The notes under the pieces: model-generated
The model's input: the letters and a program-made list of their open reading frames with translations, nothing else
Database searches by the model: none
Told to the model about the DNA's origin: nothing
From: Octopus vulgaris
Taxonomy: Eukaryota
DNA length: 64,000 bases
Direction: 5' to 3'
Assembly (NCBI GenBank): GCA_951406725.2
Contig: OX597814.1
Location: forward strand, 186,000,001 to 186,064,000
Translations under genes and position numbers: made by a program
Shown here: positions 41,164 to 54,042 of the stretch, piece after piece
Numbering within the stretch: the stretch's first letter is position 1
Layout of the letters: every line of letters begins with the position of its first letter

Positions 41164-41655
41164 ATCTTTTATCATTTTACTTTGTTACTTACGACTGTAA
41201 ATTATTCTATTATAATATTATAATTATGATTTTATATTTTATTAAATTACAACATCTATAGAAAAAAAAGAAGTTGTTACTTATATGCCAATCCCTAAGA
41301 CTATTAGCAATGTAAATGTTGTGATTCCAACTAGGAATTGAAACTATGAGATATGAGTTGAATTTTTTTAGCTCTAAAACCATGTATGTGTAAGTAAATT
41401 ACAAAAGTTAAGAAATATATAAATCTAGAAAACTTCGGTGTACATACATTACTGGAGATATTTTAACTACACACTTACATGTGTAGCATTGTATGTCTAT
41501 ACAAAATGATTTCTCAAGACGTATATCACTTTTGAGGCTTTCTACAGCATTATGTAAGATATACAGAATGCTATATATAATTTGGTTTTACAAATGGGAA
41601 GAATAGAACCCTACTCATAAAACAGACTGTATATATAGATGTATTATTTATTAGC

Positions 41656-41750
41656 TGTGAAGCTACAAAAGCAACTTAGGGGCTGAGAGTTTCCTGTAAA
41701 ATTCTTTTGCATGAAGCTCTAAGCCCCTAAGTCTCTTCTGTAGCTTCACA
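41656..41750. other. 95-nt imperfect hairpin with 46-bp arms
   Basis: TGTGAAGCTACAAAAGCAACTTAGGGGCTGAGAG... pairs with ...CTCTAAGCCCCTAAGTCTCTTCTGTAGCTTCACA. Confidence 0.85.
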
Positions 41751-41784
41751 AATAATTTTTAAAAATACACACATTTGATCAATC

Positions 41785-41972
41785 GATAGATAGATAGACA
41801 GACAAATAGGTAGTTAGATAGATAGATAGACAGATAGATAGATAGAGAGAGAGAGAGAAAGAGAGATGGACATATAGATAAATAGATAGATAGATAGATA
41901 GATAGACAGAAAGACAGACAGACGGACGGACGAATGGATGGATGGATGGATGGATGGAGGGATAGATAGATA
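41785..41972. repeat. (GATA/GACA/GATG)n tetranucleotide repeat
   Basis: Read directly. Confidence 0.95.
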
Positions 41973-42296
41973 ACACTACACACAGACATAGATACAAATA
42001 TTTGTGTATTCATCAGAAGATTCATAAGACTTGTCATCTGGCCAGTATCCATAAAATCACATATGTCTTCTATTTTTTTAAGTGGATAACAAGAGAGGAA
42101 TGTCACACATGGTTGTTGAACCCTCACTGTATTCTGCCCCAATAAAATTCTCATTAAAATATATGATAATATATCCAGTAAAGAACTGAAATAGTAGATA
42201 TTTGGCAATACCCAAATTTTAAACTTCCATCATCTTTGCTTTTGAAGTTCAACTTTTGGTGAATTCAATGATATCACTATAACTGAGGATCATTAA

Positions 42297-42517
42297 CCCT
42301 GTAGCATTTAAACCGGACATATCCGGCTGAAATGTTCTACTTGTTTTATGTTCAAATTGGCCAGATCCAGCCTCTCACACAGACCCTATAATGTCATTCT
42401 TACAAATAAACAATTGCATCATCGAAATCTTGAAGCTACATGAAAATGCATGTTTAATTCAAAACAATTTAAGTTAATAAGCATTGCAATTGACAGAATA
42501 ATCTGAATGCTAAAGGG
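42297..42517. mobile_element. Complete piggyBac-like MITE (family D)
   Basis: TTAA|CCCTGTAGCATTTA ... TGAATGCTAAAGGG|TTAA. Confidence 0.9.
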
Positions 42518-42750
42518 TTAAATTGAAACTATACTTTTTCCCATCACAAAATAGTGAAAAGAAATTATTACAGATAATTCTGACTTTCCAGACATTAATG
42601 GTTCGGAACCTTTTACATTCTGCACTAATTTACAAGCAGGAAAGTCAAATTCTTGCAGCCACCAGACTAGCTTAATGGTAACTTGCATAGTACAATATTA
42701 ATAAACTGGTATCATTTATACTAGTGTACAGGTACCTGTATTTCATTAAA

Positions 42751-42980
42751 GCGGCGAGCTGGCGGAATCGTTAGCATACCAAGCAAAATGCTTAGCGGTA
42801 TTTCATCTGCTGTTACATTCTGAGTTCAAATTCCGCCGAGGTCAACTTTGCCTTTCATCCTTTCGGGGTCGATAAATTAAGTACCAGTTACGTACTGGGG
42901 TCAATATAATCAACTTAATCCATTTGTCTGTCCTTGTTTGTCCCCTCTATGTATAGCCCCTTGTGGGTAGTAAAGAAATA
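42751..42980 (+). mobile_element. Full-length SINE family B with 14-bp TSD
   Basis: TGTATTTCATTAAA at 42737-42750 and 42981-42994. Confidence 0.92.
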
Positions 42981-43268
42981 TGTATTTCATTAAATTATTT
43001 GAATAAATTTAATATTTGTTTAACTTAGAATGTGTTGACCAAAGTAACCACTCTTGGTTCAAAAAATTCAGTTATCCAGAAAGGCTTTGGAAGCAAAGGT
43101 TCCGGAAAATCAATGTTTTATTTGAATTTAAACAATTTTGCCTCAACTGCAAATGTTATTTCATCTGTGAGCTGGGTATTTCGCCAAGTTAGAGGACACC
43201 ATCTTATACAGAGGTGTTATCTTTTTAAATCTCATCGTCTAAGATTTGGATAAATGTCTTGGACTTAC

Positions 43269-43447
43269 ACGACTGAATCTAAATGACTATTATTTGCATG
43301 TTTCATAGAAATTATCATAATTGTGATCTTTCTTTCACTCAAACTTTTATCTAATGCATGTAAAGTTTGATTTAGATCTGTCATTTCTTTTGAAATGACC
43401 GTCTGTTCATTTGTATCATGTTGCCGAATTAATGTCACTATTTGCAT
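43269..43447 (-). CDS. Candidate first coding exon of an unidentified minus-strand gene
   Basis: ATG-initiated 59-codon ORF (MQIVTLIRQHDTNEQ...HLDSV) of normal complexity in non-repetitive DNA, ending exactly at a GT|GTAAGT donor; CpG-retaining upstream region; no homology recognised. Confidence 0.35.
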
Positions 43448-44834
43448 AGTTCACACGAAACAAACTATATACTACTCACTATTTAATCATGAAAATTATC
43501 GGAAAACTCGCAGCAATGAAAACAAAGGACAAATTTCAAATAAATCAGTGACTAAGACGGTTATTATAAAACTATATCCTGTCAAATTATTCAGAATCAA
43601 AATTTCAACTTATGCATACCTGAAACGACCCGAACAATTCTGACGAGTGTTTTATTTCTCTGCTTCCTATACATTAACAAATAGACACTCATTTCTAAAT
43701 ATTCATGTATGTACATTTTTGTTTCTATTCAGACATATTATATCTATAGATGTATTTATTATAACAGTGGGTGGAGTAGAATACATAATGTTATGGTGTC
43801 TTTGTTATGTCTCTTTGACTTCAGGTGGCCTTTAAGGTAACTACTTCACGCACCTTTGCATAGCATCAAAGGAAAGATTATTACGTTGAATAAGAATCAT
43901 TTTGTGATCACCCTCACTGACTGTAAATAGGATTGAAATACAGCTCATCCCCTAAAACCTACGTAACACAAAATGGCCTAATTTTCTTGAAATTCTATCT
44001 TTCGTTAATGTGTTATCAGAAGCTAATTCATATTTAATTCAAAAGAGTATCCTGTTTCTAAATATCTACGCTGAATGCTGAAATACGTGGGTCTATTCAT
44101 CCACCATTCAATGACTACTGAAAAATTTGAATTATAAGAGTAATAATTTGTGTATTTAGGACAGTTTTATGACTTGTTACTTACAGTTAGGTGCATTTTT
44201 AGCATTCTCCTATACAACAGAAATTATTTAGTGTATCAAAAACTGTAATTTCTGCTTATCTACAGCATAGATTTTTAGAATCTGCACACTTTGGGGTGAG
44301 GGCATTTCTGAAAATTTTCAGTTTTGGCTTTCTTATGAAAATTTCTTTCAGACTAAACATCTGTGTTTATGTTTCTTCAAAATCATGCAAATTAAAATAA
44401 AATTATCACTAAAAAGTAAAACCTTTAAAAAAATATAGAAAATAGAAGAGGGTAACCTGCTCCTCCACCCAAATCTGTAACCTCCACAACTATAATGCTT
44501 TAGAATATATATACCCAAACAAATTATAGCATTTTGCACACTAAATCATTTCCAAGTCTATTCTATTATAATGTTGCATTTTTTTTTCTATAAACATATT
44601 AAAATTTACCTTTGAAGCTTATACTTACATTGAATCATTGTTATTAGGTTATAAGGTTAAAGATGAATTCTTTCTTCAAACTATTTGTAGTTCATTTACT
44701 GACACCATTTATGATTTTACAGCATTCTCAAAATGTCAATATTTAAGAAACTCATTTCAGAGTTGCCCAGTCATTTACATAAAAGAAGCAAAACCTTTGA
44801 AAAGTGGCAGATTGTCTCAGGAAACATCCAAAAC

Positions 44835-45170
44835 TTGAGTCCCGCTACATCATAACTTGGGCGAGTTTCTTTTACTGTAGCTTTGGGCCAACCAAGACCT
44901 TGTGAGTGGATTTGATAGATAGAGACTGAAAGAAGTCCATCATATATATATGTGTGCGTGTGTGTGTGTGCACGCGCGTGTGTATATGTTCTTTATGTTT
45001 ATCCCCCACCACCACTTGGCAATCCATGTTAGTGCGTTTATGCCCCTGCAACTTAGCTGTTCAGTAAAAAAAAAAAGAAACAATAAATACCAGTTTGAAG
45101 AAAATAAGTATTGTGGTCAATTCGTTTAACTGAAACCCTTCAAGCCAGTACTTGAATCAAGTAAAAAATA
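44835..45170 (+). mobile_element. Degenerate SINE family A copy
   Basis: CCTTGTGAGTGGATTTGATAGA...GAAAGAAG, TG tract and tail. Confidence 0.75.
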
Positions 45171-45311
45171 AGCAAGCTCCATGATAAAAGGAGAAACATA
45201 AGCAAGGACATGACTAGCCCCTCAATCCCACAGGCTTTCATAGTCTGTCTTGTTGCCTAAATACTGGTCATTTCACTCATCACACTGAACTAAACCTAAT
45301 CATTAAGCAGG

Positions 45312-45408
45312 CTCAATAAACACACACAACGCTCTGTCTGGGAATCGAAACCGCAATCCTCTGACCACGAGTCCACTGCTCTAACCACTGGGCCATTGCA
45401 CCTCCACA
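45312..45408 (-). mobile_element. Head of an OR-like tRNA SINE
   Basis: Matches 722-818. Confidence 0.85.
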
Positions 45409-45424
45409 TATATATATATATATA

Positions 45425-45830
45425 TAAAACACAAAGAGAAAACACAAGGCGAGGACGTGGAGCAAGTATAGTGTTATTGGACGCTCAGGAAAGGAAGGAA
45501 AGAAGGAGGATTTAACGTTTTGAGTGGAGCGCTTCATCAGAAACATAGAAAAAGAAAAGATCCAAGGAAGGGAAGACGGAGGAAAAAATATCGCCAACGA
45601 TACACACGCGGTCACATATATTATAGTCAATTCAAATAAACAATCAATTAAAAAAAAAACGAATAAGATTAACAGACAACAAGAGGATGTGCACAAGGAA
45701 TGTATTAGTTTGATGCTCAGTGAAAAGAGAGAAAAGAGAGAGTTTGTTATTTCAAGCATAGCTCATCATCAGAAAGAAGAAAGGGAAAAGTCCCCCCAAA
45801 AAATGGAAAAAAAAAAAAAAATTGCCAACA
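45425..45830 (-). mobile_element. Two tandem Penelope-like fragments, each with a hammerhead-like core
   Basis: Minus strand CTGATGAAGCGCTCCACTCAAAACGTTA (45513-45540) and CTGATGATGAGCTATGCTTGAAA (45750-45772). Confidence 0.6.
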
Positions 45831-47149
45831 GCACGTTTGTGGTTGATCTCAAAAACATTGGATTTTATTTCAAAATGGACAGAACCATTAGAGTGCTGCG
45901 GTATTTTTTCCAACTCTTTACGTTTTGAGTTCAAATCTTGCCGTGGTCAACTTTGCCTTTCTTTGTTTTGGCATCTATAAAATATAGTTCTTGAATAGAA
46001 GTAGAGTCGATGGTAGTGAATAACCTACTTCATCAAATTTCAGGTTCTGTCCCTATGTTAGAAACTATCATATATTGGAAAATGTAAATGTTTGTATTGC
46101 AGAGAATTAGGATTTTGAAAGAAGTGGTCTTACAGAATAGCTGTCACACATAACATGGAATTTCTCCTGCTTCCCCACTAACCAAGGTTTATCCACATTT
46201 TGAAGCATCCCACATTTCAAAATACTGCTGGGTGGATTACTTATTAACGAAGTTTTTTTTCCCTAAATCCTTGTTTTTCTAATGTATCACTCCTTCCGTT
46301 GTGCCTTCAAACAACAACAACAACCACTAGAATGATTTTTTTTCATCTCCATTATTTTTTGGTATGTTATAGTATTCCATATTTTGAAGCATGTGTAATC
46401 TGCATTTTTTAGAGAAAAAAATTTCATAACCCTCCCCACTCCTTCATCATGTTTTGCACAAATAAAATCCTGAAAAAAAAATTTAATAAAATAAAAAAAA
46501 AACGGAGAAATTCCGATTTATGTGTGACAGCTATTCCCAAAGTCTGCTCTCAAAGAATTTTTTCCCAAAAAATTTCAATGTTTTTATATTTACCACCCAC
46601 CTCACCACCAATTCCATGCCCTTATCTTCCCCCGTGAAATAATAATAGTTATTCCAAAACACTACCATTTGTCATAATGCTTTGCTTTTCTTTTTTGAAG
46701 TTAATGGTTCCTAGGTTGGTTTCAATGGTGTATATTCAATATAAATACATGTGTGCCCTTGCCGACTTTGTTTCCTCATATTTTTTAATGAATTTTTTTC
46801 AGTATTCAACTGATACTTAATTTTATTTTATCGACCCCACAAAGATTAAAGACAAAGCACTCAGAATGTTAAAATTTTATTTTATCGACCCCCCCAAAGA
46901 TTAAAGACAAAGCACTCAGAATGTTAAAAGCCAGAAGGAATACTACTGAACACTTTGTCCAATGCACTAATAATTCTTCCAGCTGAATTGCTGTGTTAAT
47001 GATTTCAAATTTTGACACAAGGCCAGCAATTTTAATAGGAAGTAGAAGTCAATACCATTATCACTGGTACTTTATTTTGTTGTCCCTGAAAGAATGAAAG
47101 GCAAAGTTAACCTTGACAGAAGAAATGCTGTTAAACATTTTGTCTGGTA

Positions 47150-47365
47150 TACTCTTTACTCTTTTTTACTTGTTTCAGTCAGTTGACTGCGGCCATCCTG
47201 GAGCACTGCCTTTAGTCAAGCAACTCGACCCCGGGACTTATTCTTTGTAAGCCCAGTACTTATTCTATCGGTCTCTTTTGCCGAACCGCTAGGTGACGGG
47301 GACATAAACACACCAGCATCGGTTGTCAAGCAATGCTAGGTGGACAAACACAGACACACAAACAT

Positions 47366-47436
<71 letters not shown>

Positions 47437-47603
47437 TACAATGGGCTTCTTTCAGTTTCCGTCTACCAAATCCACTCACAAGGCTTTGGTCGGCCCAAGG
47501 CTATAGTAGAAGACACTTGCCCAAGTTGCCATGCAGTGGGACTGAACCCGGAACTATGTGGTTGGTAAGCAAGCTACTTACCACACAGCCACTCCTGCGC
47601 CTA
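47150..47603 (-). mobile_element. Full-length SINE family A
   Basis: Complete head, (TA)(CA) tract and tail. Confidence 0.92.
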
Positions 47604-48045
47604 TGTTATTGACTCTGCCACCTTACTTCCTCAAGTTATAATAATAACAACAATAAATACACATCTTGGTAGTTAATGATGCTGTAGCAAATGCCAAATT
47701 CTTATTCAGTAAATTTTAAACCAAGAGAATTTTAATGATAGTTCAGTTAGGAAATCAATACATCCTAGTCCAAAATCATGACATCGATTTGAAATTTTGC
47801 ATTTTGGTACTTATATTTCAACCTTCGAGACTACCATATTTGACAGCTTGTAAGCCACACTCAGAAAAACAGAGAGAAATTATGTCCCAGAAAATTTATT
47901 CCATACTTTATAAAAGGACAAAAAAAAAAAAAACAGAGAGCAGATATAAATACTAAAAATAATTGACTAACCCCTTCATTTAAAATATCTGGCCTTATGC
48001 ATATAGTAGAAGGAATTATTATTGTTAGTATTATTTTTATTATTA

Positions 48046-48262
48046 AAGGTGGCAAACTGACAGAATCATTAGCATGCCAGGCGAAATGCCAATTAGTATT
48101 TTACCCGTCCTTACATTCTGCGTTCAAATTCTGCCAAGGTTGACTTTGCCTTTCATGCTTTTGGGGTCAATAAATTAAGTAGCAGTTGAGCACTAGGGTC
48201 AATGTAACTGACCTAACCCTTCCCCTTAAAACCAGCCCTTGTGCCTATAACAGAAAGGATTA
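48046..48262 (+). mobile_element. SINE family B copy
   Basis: Family motifs. Confidence 0.85.
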
Positions 48263-49959
48263 TCATCATCATCATTATTTTTATTATTATTATTATCATT
48301 ATTATTATTATTACTTCTGTAGTTATGAACATGAGAGGCTGTAAATAATTATACATACAATCAGCTAATCAGCTGCTTTGTTTGTTCATGTAAATCGCAA
48401 ACAACAGAGCGACAATTATTTTCACTTTATAAGAGTGGAATGCTTAATGTGGAAGATTTGATTTCAGTCAATATTTATGAAAGATATTTTCTCATTAAAT
48501 CAATCAAATGCCAAAATAGTAATATTTCTTGCAAAAGAAAAGTTGTTTTTTATTTTGTTTTTCTCCAAAATTAAGGAAATAAAGTTCAATAGTTTGAAGA
48601 AAATGTCTCTAATTGAGTGAGTAGTTTATATTTTTCATTTCTTTTCCTTTGTTTTAAAATGAAAAAAAAAACGTAATAAAGAAAATATACTTGGCAGAAA
48701 GCCACCTGACTGATTGGCATAGAGTTACAATCGCTTACCAGTACACTTCTACCTCTAACCCACATACATTTGCTCTCTTCACTCCTTGGAGCTAGACGAT
48801 GGTGTATAATTTCCACCCAATACACATGTCTCCCCTCTTGTCACACATACTGTCTTCCCTCCCACTTCCTAGCATTACCGTACCATTTCTTTGTAATCCT
48901 TCCTCCACAGAGCATCAGTTGTCCAGAATTCCCTCCTTATCTACGTCCTTTTTATTTTTCGTGCTATTATTGACTTGCTGTTGTTCAAGATGAACAAACA
49001 CTAACATCATCAATGTTTTGTGAAGGTCACGAATGCAGTCACTTCTCCTTGATTAAGCATTACAAATAAAAATAAAACCTCTCCAAGTTATAATTTCTCA
49101 CTGACTTAGCTTTGTAAAAAGCAAAAGTAATTTTCTAAAAATATTACAAAGAAATAAATGAATGATATTCAATATATAATAGTGAAAATGTGTGTAGACA
49201 GATGCATTTAACAGTTTTATAAATACAAATACATTAACTAAAAAATCATGCTTAAATGCAAGCTGAAAATATTGTTATATAAACACTTGGGATTGATATT
49301 TTAATATCATCTTCAAAAAAAATTTCTTCAGAATCCTGTAAAATAACCTTTTACTTTTTATTAAATTCAGATTCTCTTCTGTTAGAAAATATTGCTAAAT
49401 ATTATCCTGTGATTCAATATACAGAAGGAAATGTAAGTGAATATAAATATTTTGGAAATGCTTTTTAAAAGTAAAATTTATAATAAATGAAACTTTTAGA
49501 GAGTTTCTTCCTACAATAACATTGATCAGTTGTTTTCTATGAATTTGTGCTGTGTAATGTGTTAGAAAACATTGTACAGCAATGTACCTCAGACAGGAGA
49601 CAATGAAGGTTCCTGAAAGGTTAGTGATAAACAAGATGAATTATAATCCTTGCCGTGTGAGGAAATTTCACAAAATATATTGCTTCTTACTCCTGAGAAA
49701 ATTTTGGTAGAATGAACATGAAATAAGAATGAATGATGAGAAGTAGGCTAAGAAGTGTCTTTAGATGGTGTATAGACATGGGTATCTATCAATGATGGAT
49801 TATCATTGAAATAGAGGTGGGCTAAACAAAACTTAAAATGAATTGGTGTAGATTAACATAGCAATAAATTACTGGTACATTAAGGGTTTTGTTTCAATGC
49901 TATACTGAATGTATTCAACAGATGTAAACACCTTGTCATTATGTGTTATATACTCATGG

Positions 49960-50470
49960 ACAGGCTTGGCTCTGTGGTTAAGAAACTTGCTTCCAACCAT
50001 GTCTTGGGTTCAGTCCCACTGTATGGCACCTTGAGCAACTGTCTTTTACTGTAGCCTCAGGCTGACTAAAGCCATGTCAGTGGATTTGATAAACAATAAC
50101 TGAATGAAGCCTCCATGTGTGTGTGTGTGTGTGTACATGTGTGTTTGTATATGTGAGCATATGTGTGTGTGTAAATGTGTGAATGCATATGTGTGTACAT
50201 GTGTGTGTATAGATATATATATGTGTATGTAATTACAATGTGTGTGTGCAACTGTATGTAGCCTTGCTTCGACATCATGCTTGCAAATGAGCATCACCAT
50301 CATATAAGCAATGTGGTTCATTTCCAGTCTTCCATGAAAAACCTGTATGACAATGGACAAACATTAACTTGCTTGGAAATAGGAGAGGGTTGGCAACAGG
50401 AAGGGCATCTAGCTGTAGAAAATCTGCCTGGACAGATTTTGTCTGATCCATGCAAACATGGAAACATTTT
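49960..50470 (+). mobile_element. SINE with a family A head and an RTE-like (family C-type) tail
   Basis: A-type head and TG tract, then GGTTGGCAACAGGAAGGGCATCTAGCTGTAGAAAATCTGCC. Confidence 0.75.
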
Positions 50471-50621
50471 TTCTACAACTTCTTCCAGTTGACACCCTCA
50501 TTACACCTATTGGAAAATGCAGCTGAAAATTGTAGTTGACTTGCAAAGAAACCTTTAGTTTCACAATCATACATATCATTGATTAAATCTGCTACTAAGC
50601 AAAATTAGAAATATTTCAAGT

Positions 50622-51023
50622 ATAGGCGTAGGAGTGGCTGTGTGGTAAGTATAGGCATAGGAGTGGCTGTGTGGTAAATAGTTTGCTTACCAACCACATG
50701 GTTCTAGGTTCAGTCCCACTGCATGGCACCTTGGGCAAGTCTCTTCTACTATAGCCTCGGGCCAACTAAAACCTTATGAGTGGATTTGGTAGACAGAAAC
50801 TGAAAGAAGCCCATCGTATATATGTATATGTATGTGTGTGTGTATATGTTTGTGTGTCTGTGTTTGTCCCCCCAACATTGCTTGACAACTGTAATTTAGT
50901 GGTTCGGCAAAAGAGACTGATAGAATACGCTTACAAAGTCCTGGGGTCGATTTGCTCGACTAAAGGCGGTGTTCCAGTATGGCCACAGTCAAATGACTGA
51001 AACAAGTAAGAGAATAAAAGAGT
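50622..51023 (+). mobile_element. SINE family A with a duplicated 29-bp head
   Basis: AAGTATAGGC(G/A)TAGGAGTGGCTGTGTGGT occurs twice in tandem. Confidence 0.9.
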
Positions 51024-52918
51024 ATGTCCAGTACTGTGACTGATCATAACACCATAGACGTTTCTCAAGTTACCCATGTAATCCACCCCTTGTTCCAGGC
51101 ATGACTTCACTTGCACACTTCATTACTAAGCTTTTAGGTTTTTAATCGGATGAAGAAATTTTATGTTATTTGCGGTATAAACAATTTTAGTACCAAAGGT
51201 TATTGCCTAGTTTTTCTAGTGCGTAACGCTGACCCTATAACAAGGTGATCAGTTTGTAAGCATTCCTTTGCTGGCATACATACTTTTGCAAATTTGACAT
51301 TTACTCTAAAAGAATTTAGTCTGTATTAGTTCTTTCAGCCGGCACAAACTCTCATTTTCCGTCTATTTTATTTTCGTATTTGACTTTTTAAAAATTCTTG
51401 CTTCCTTAAATAACAAACTAGCTCTTTTGGATGTACAAAGTACTTCCCAGGAATTTTATTTATGTGTGTGGTGCAAGTGGAACAGTTTTACAAACCTAAT
51501 CATAATACAGTATAAATTATTGTATCATTTGACTATTAGTCACACAACTATAGCTTAAGTATTTTCAATCCTTGATCTTGGTAATCTGACAGAAACCTAT
51601 TTTCTATGTGCCATTTATCATGACATACTACAAGCAACAACAACAACAACAACAATAGTAATAATAGTAGTATTGACAATAATGTACTAATTAAGAAATA
51701 TGGCTTCTTGTTTTGTAAAACATGCTAAATGTAGTGACATAAATTGTAAGTGGATAATTTGGGTTTCGGTGTAAAATGGAAAATGTTAAACAGTGTGAAG
51801 AAATTGTTGAGACAAATACAGATGTATTATACATCCACAAGTATATGCATACGCACAAAGGAAAGAAATAATTTTAGTTGTAAATATCTGATGTAACATG
51901 TTCTCAAAACAAATATTGTTGTAGAAACAGCAGACAGTATGGCATCTTGTACAATAGTAAATGGTACTAGCATGCCAATAAATTTCAATTCTCATAGCTA
52001 AAACAAAAGTTAAAAACAGATAAAATTTCACTGACAACGAATAATAAAAAACAAAAGCAAGTTTCAATTTGAATTAAGTTTATAATGAATTAGAACTGTG
52101 TCTTCTCAATTTTACTTTCTTAAAATTATTTTTATGAGAATATGTCCAATGACCAATTAAGGTGCTGAATTTATTAGCTCATAGATTCAATCATTTAGCT
52201 ATCTTTTTAAACAAGACACATTGTCCTCCACTCATTTTGAATTCATAAGATGGTACTATTTCCAGCTAAATTGTCATTGGTTTCTTTGCCAAAAAGATAG
52301 AGACTGTAAACATTATCAACTGAAATGATACATTGTATTCGTCTTTTGTTCCAACCATAAATTATATTTCAGAGTACAACACTTTAGGATCCCTGCCATC
52401 TTCTGAAAAAAATGATAAAAATCTCCAGAAGAACCAAAAGTACTGACTGTCTAGACCCAACTAGTTGTTACTTGAAACTCCAAAAAGAACTGGAATTTAT
52501 ATGAAAGAAGGTATCATCTTGTTATAATTAAATTTTTGTTGTTGTTGGCGTCACTTCCAATCACAAGGCTGTGACTGCTACTACCTTATGCTTACAGTAG
52601 CCTCAGGAGTCAACCCATGTGTACTTTGTTGTGTGTGCAAATACTGATCTCCTACTGTGGAGGGAACCTGTGGAACAGGTAGAGCCAGGAAGACATGGGA
52701 AGAAGTGGTGAAATATGATCTTTAGATGTTGAGTCTCATGGAGACAATGACAAGTGACTGAGACTTTTGGCGATTTGCTGTCCTTGAGAAGACTCATGAG
52801 GCTAAGTGAAATTGTAGTTGTGGTCAGAGCCAGTGACATGGGTGAGGCACCCATGCTAGTGACACATAAAAGACACCCAGTACACTCTATGGAGTGGTTG
52901 TAGAAACCAAGTCAAAAC

Positions 52919-52949
<31 letters not shown>

Positions 52950-52950
<1 letters not shown>

Positions 52951-53515
52951 ACATATTTACTCTCTGCACGCGATTAGACTTGGAAAGTTTGTGAGAAACC
53001 CATTGACCGAATTAGCTGACTTTTCCAATGGCATGCAGGTGTTGATGAATGGTTGATCGACCAAATCCATGTATCTCTGCTAGTTCCTGAACAGTTATGA
53101 TAGGATTTTGTTCCACCTGGATTTGCAGGACTTCAACAAATCTTCCAAGACAAGGCTCATCTTCTAGGCTGTAGTCTCCAGCTTGAAATTTCTGCAACCA
53201 CTGTTGACACTGGCTTATGCTTATTGTCTGATCCCCATGTACTGAATTAATATTCCTCACACTTTCTGTTGCATTGTTACCTTTATTGAGCTCATAAAGC
53301 AAAATTCGCCAAATATACTCCCTTCTCACTTATATTATAGCTTTGAAAAAATAGCTGTTAAACTCAAACTGTACTTTACAAAATTTGCACTAAGAATAAG
53401 GACAAGGTAAAATTACTGCCTGCTTTTATGGCAAGTTGATGCAGGTAATTTATCCCATCCCCCTCTGACTTTTAGTTCATGCATTTAAAAAATCCACATT
53501 ATTTATGGGATAACC
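52950..53515 (-). pseudogene. Mariner transposase N-terminal remnant with 5' TIR
   Basis: MRREYIWRILLYELNKGNNATES...QWLQKFQAGDYSLEDEP...STIHQHLHAIGK then *FGQWVSHKL (WVPHEL-like); TIR AGGTTATCCCATAAATAATG on the minus strand. Confidence 0.9.
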
Positions 53516-53520
53516 TCTTT

Positions 53521-53760
53521 TATTTCTTTTATCTTTTACTTGTTTCAGTCATTTGACTGAGGCCATGCTGGAGCACTGCCTTCAGTCGAGCAAATCGACC
53601 CTAGGACTTATTCTTTGGAAGCCTAGTACTTATTCTATTGGTCTCTTTTGCTGAACCGCTATGTTACAGGGACGTAAACACACCACCATCGGTTGTCAAG
53701 CGATGTTGGGGGGACAAACACAGACACACACACATACATATATATATATACACACACACG

Positions 53761-53816
<56 letters not shown>

Positions 53817-54042
53817 ATATTTTGTGAAATTTGATTTAGCATTTCTAAGTTGAATTTTTCTCTGTAAGTTTGGAATAATATTCCCTCATATTAATATTAT
53901 TATTATTATTATTATACATATATACGATGGGCTTCTTTCAGTTTCCGTCTACCAAATCCACTCACAAGGCTTTGTTCAGCCCGAGGCTATTGTAGAAGAC
54001 ACTTGCCCAAGGTGCCATGCAGTGGAAATGAACCCGGAACTT
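53521..54042 (-). mobile_element. SINE family A with an insertion of about 100 bp in its TA tract
   Basis: Family motifs; unrelated AT-rich segment at 53812-53915. Confidence 0.85.

Noticed and set aside
46819-46929. Tandem duplication of about 55 bp
   Set aside because: Ordinary slippage inside a decayed family B SINE
48739-48765. Short minus-strand MWVRGRSVL|GTAAGC first-exon candidate
   Set aside because: Only 9 codons and a different phase from the other candidates; expected by chance
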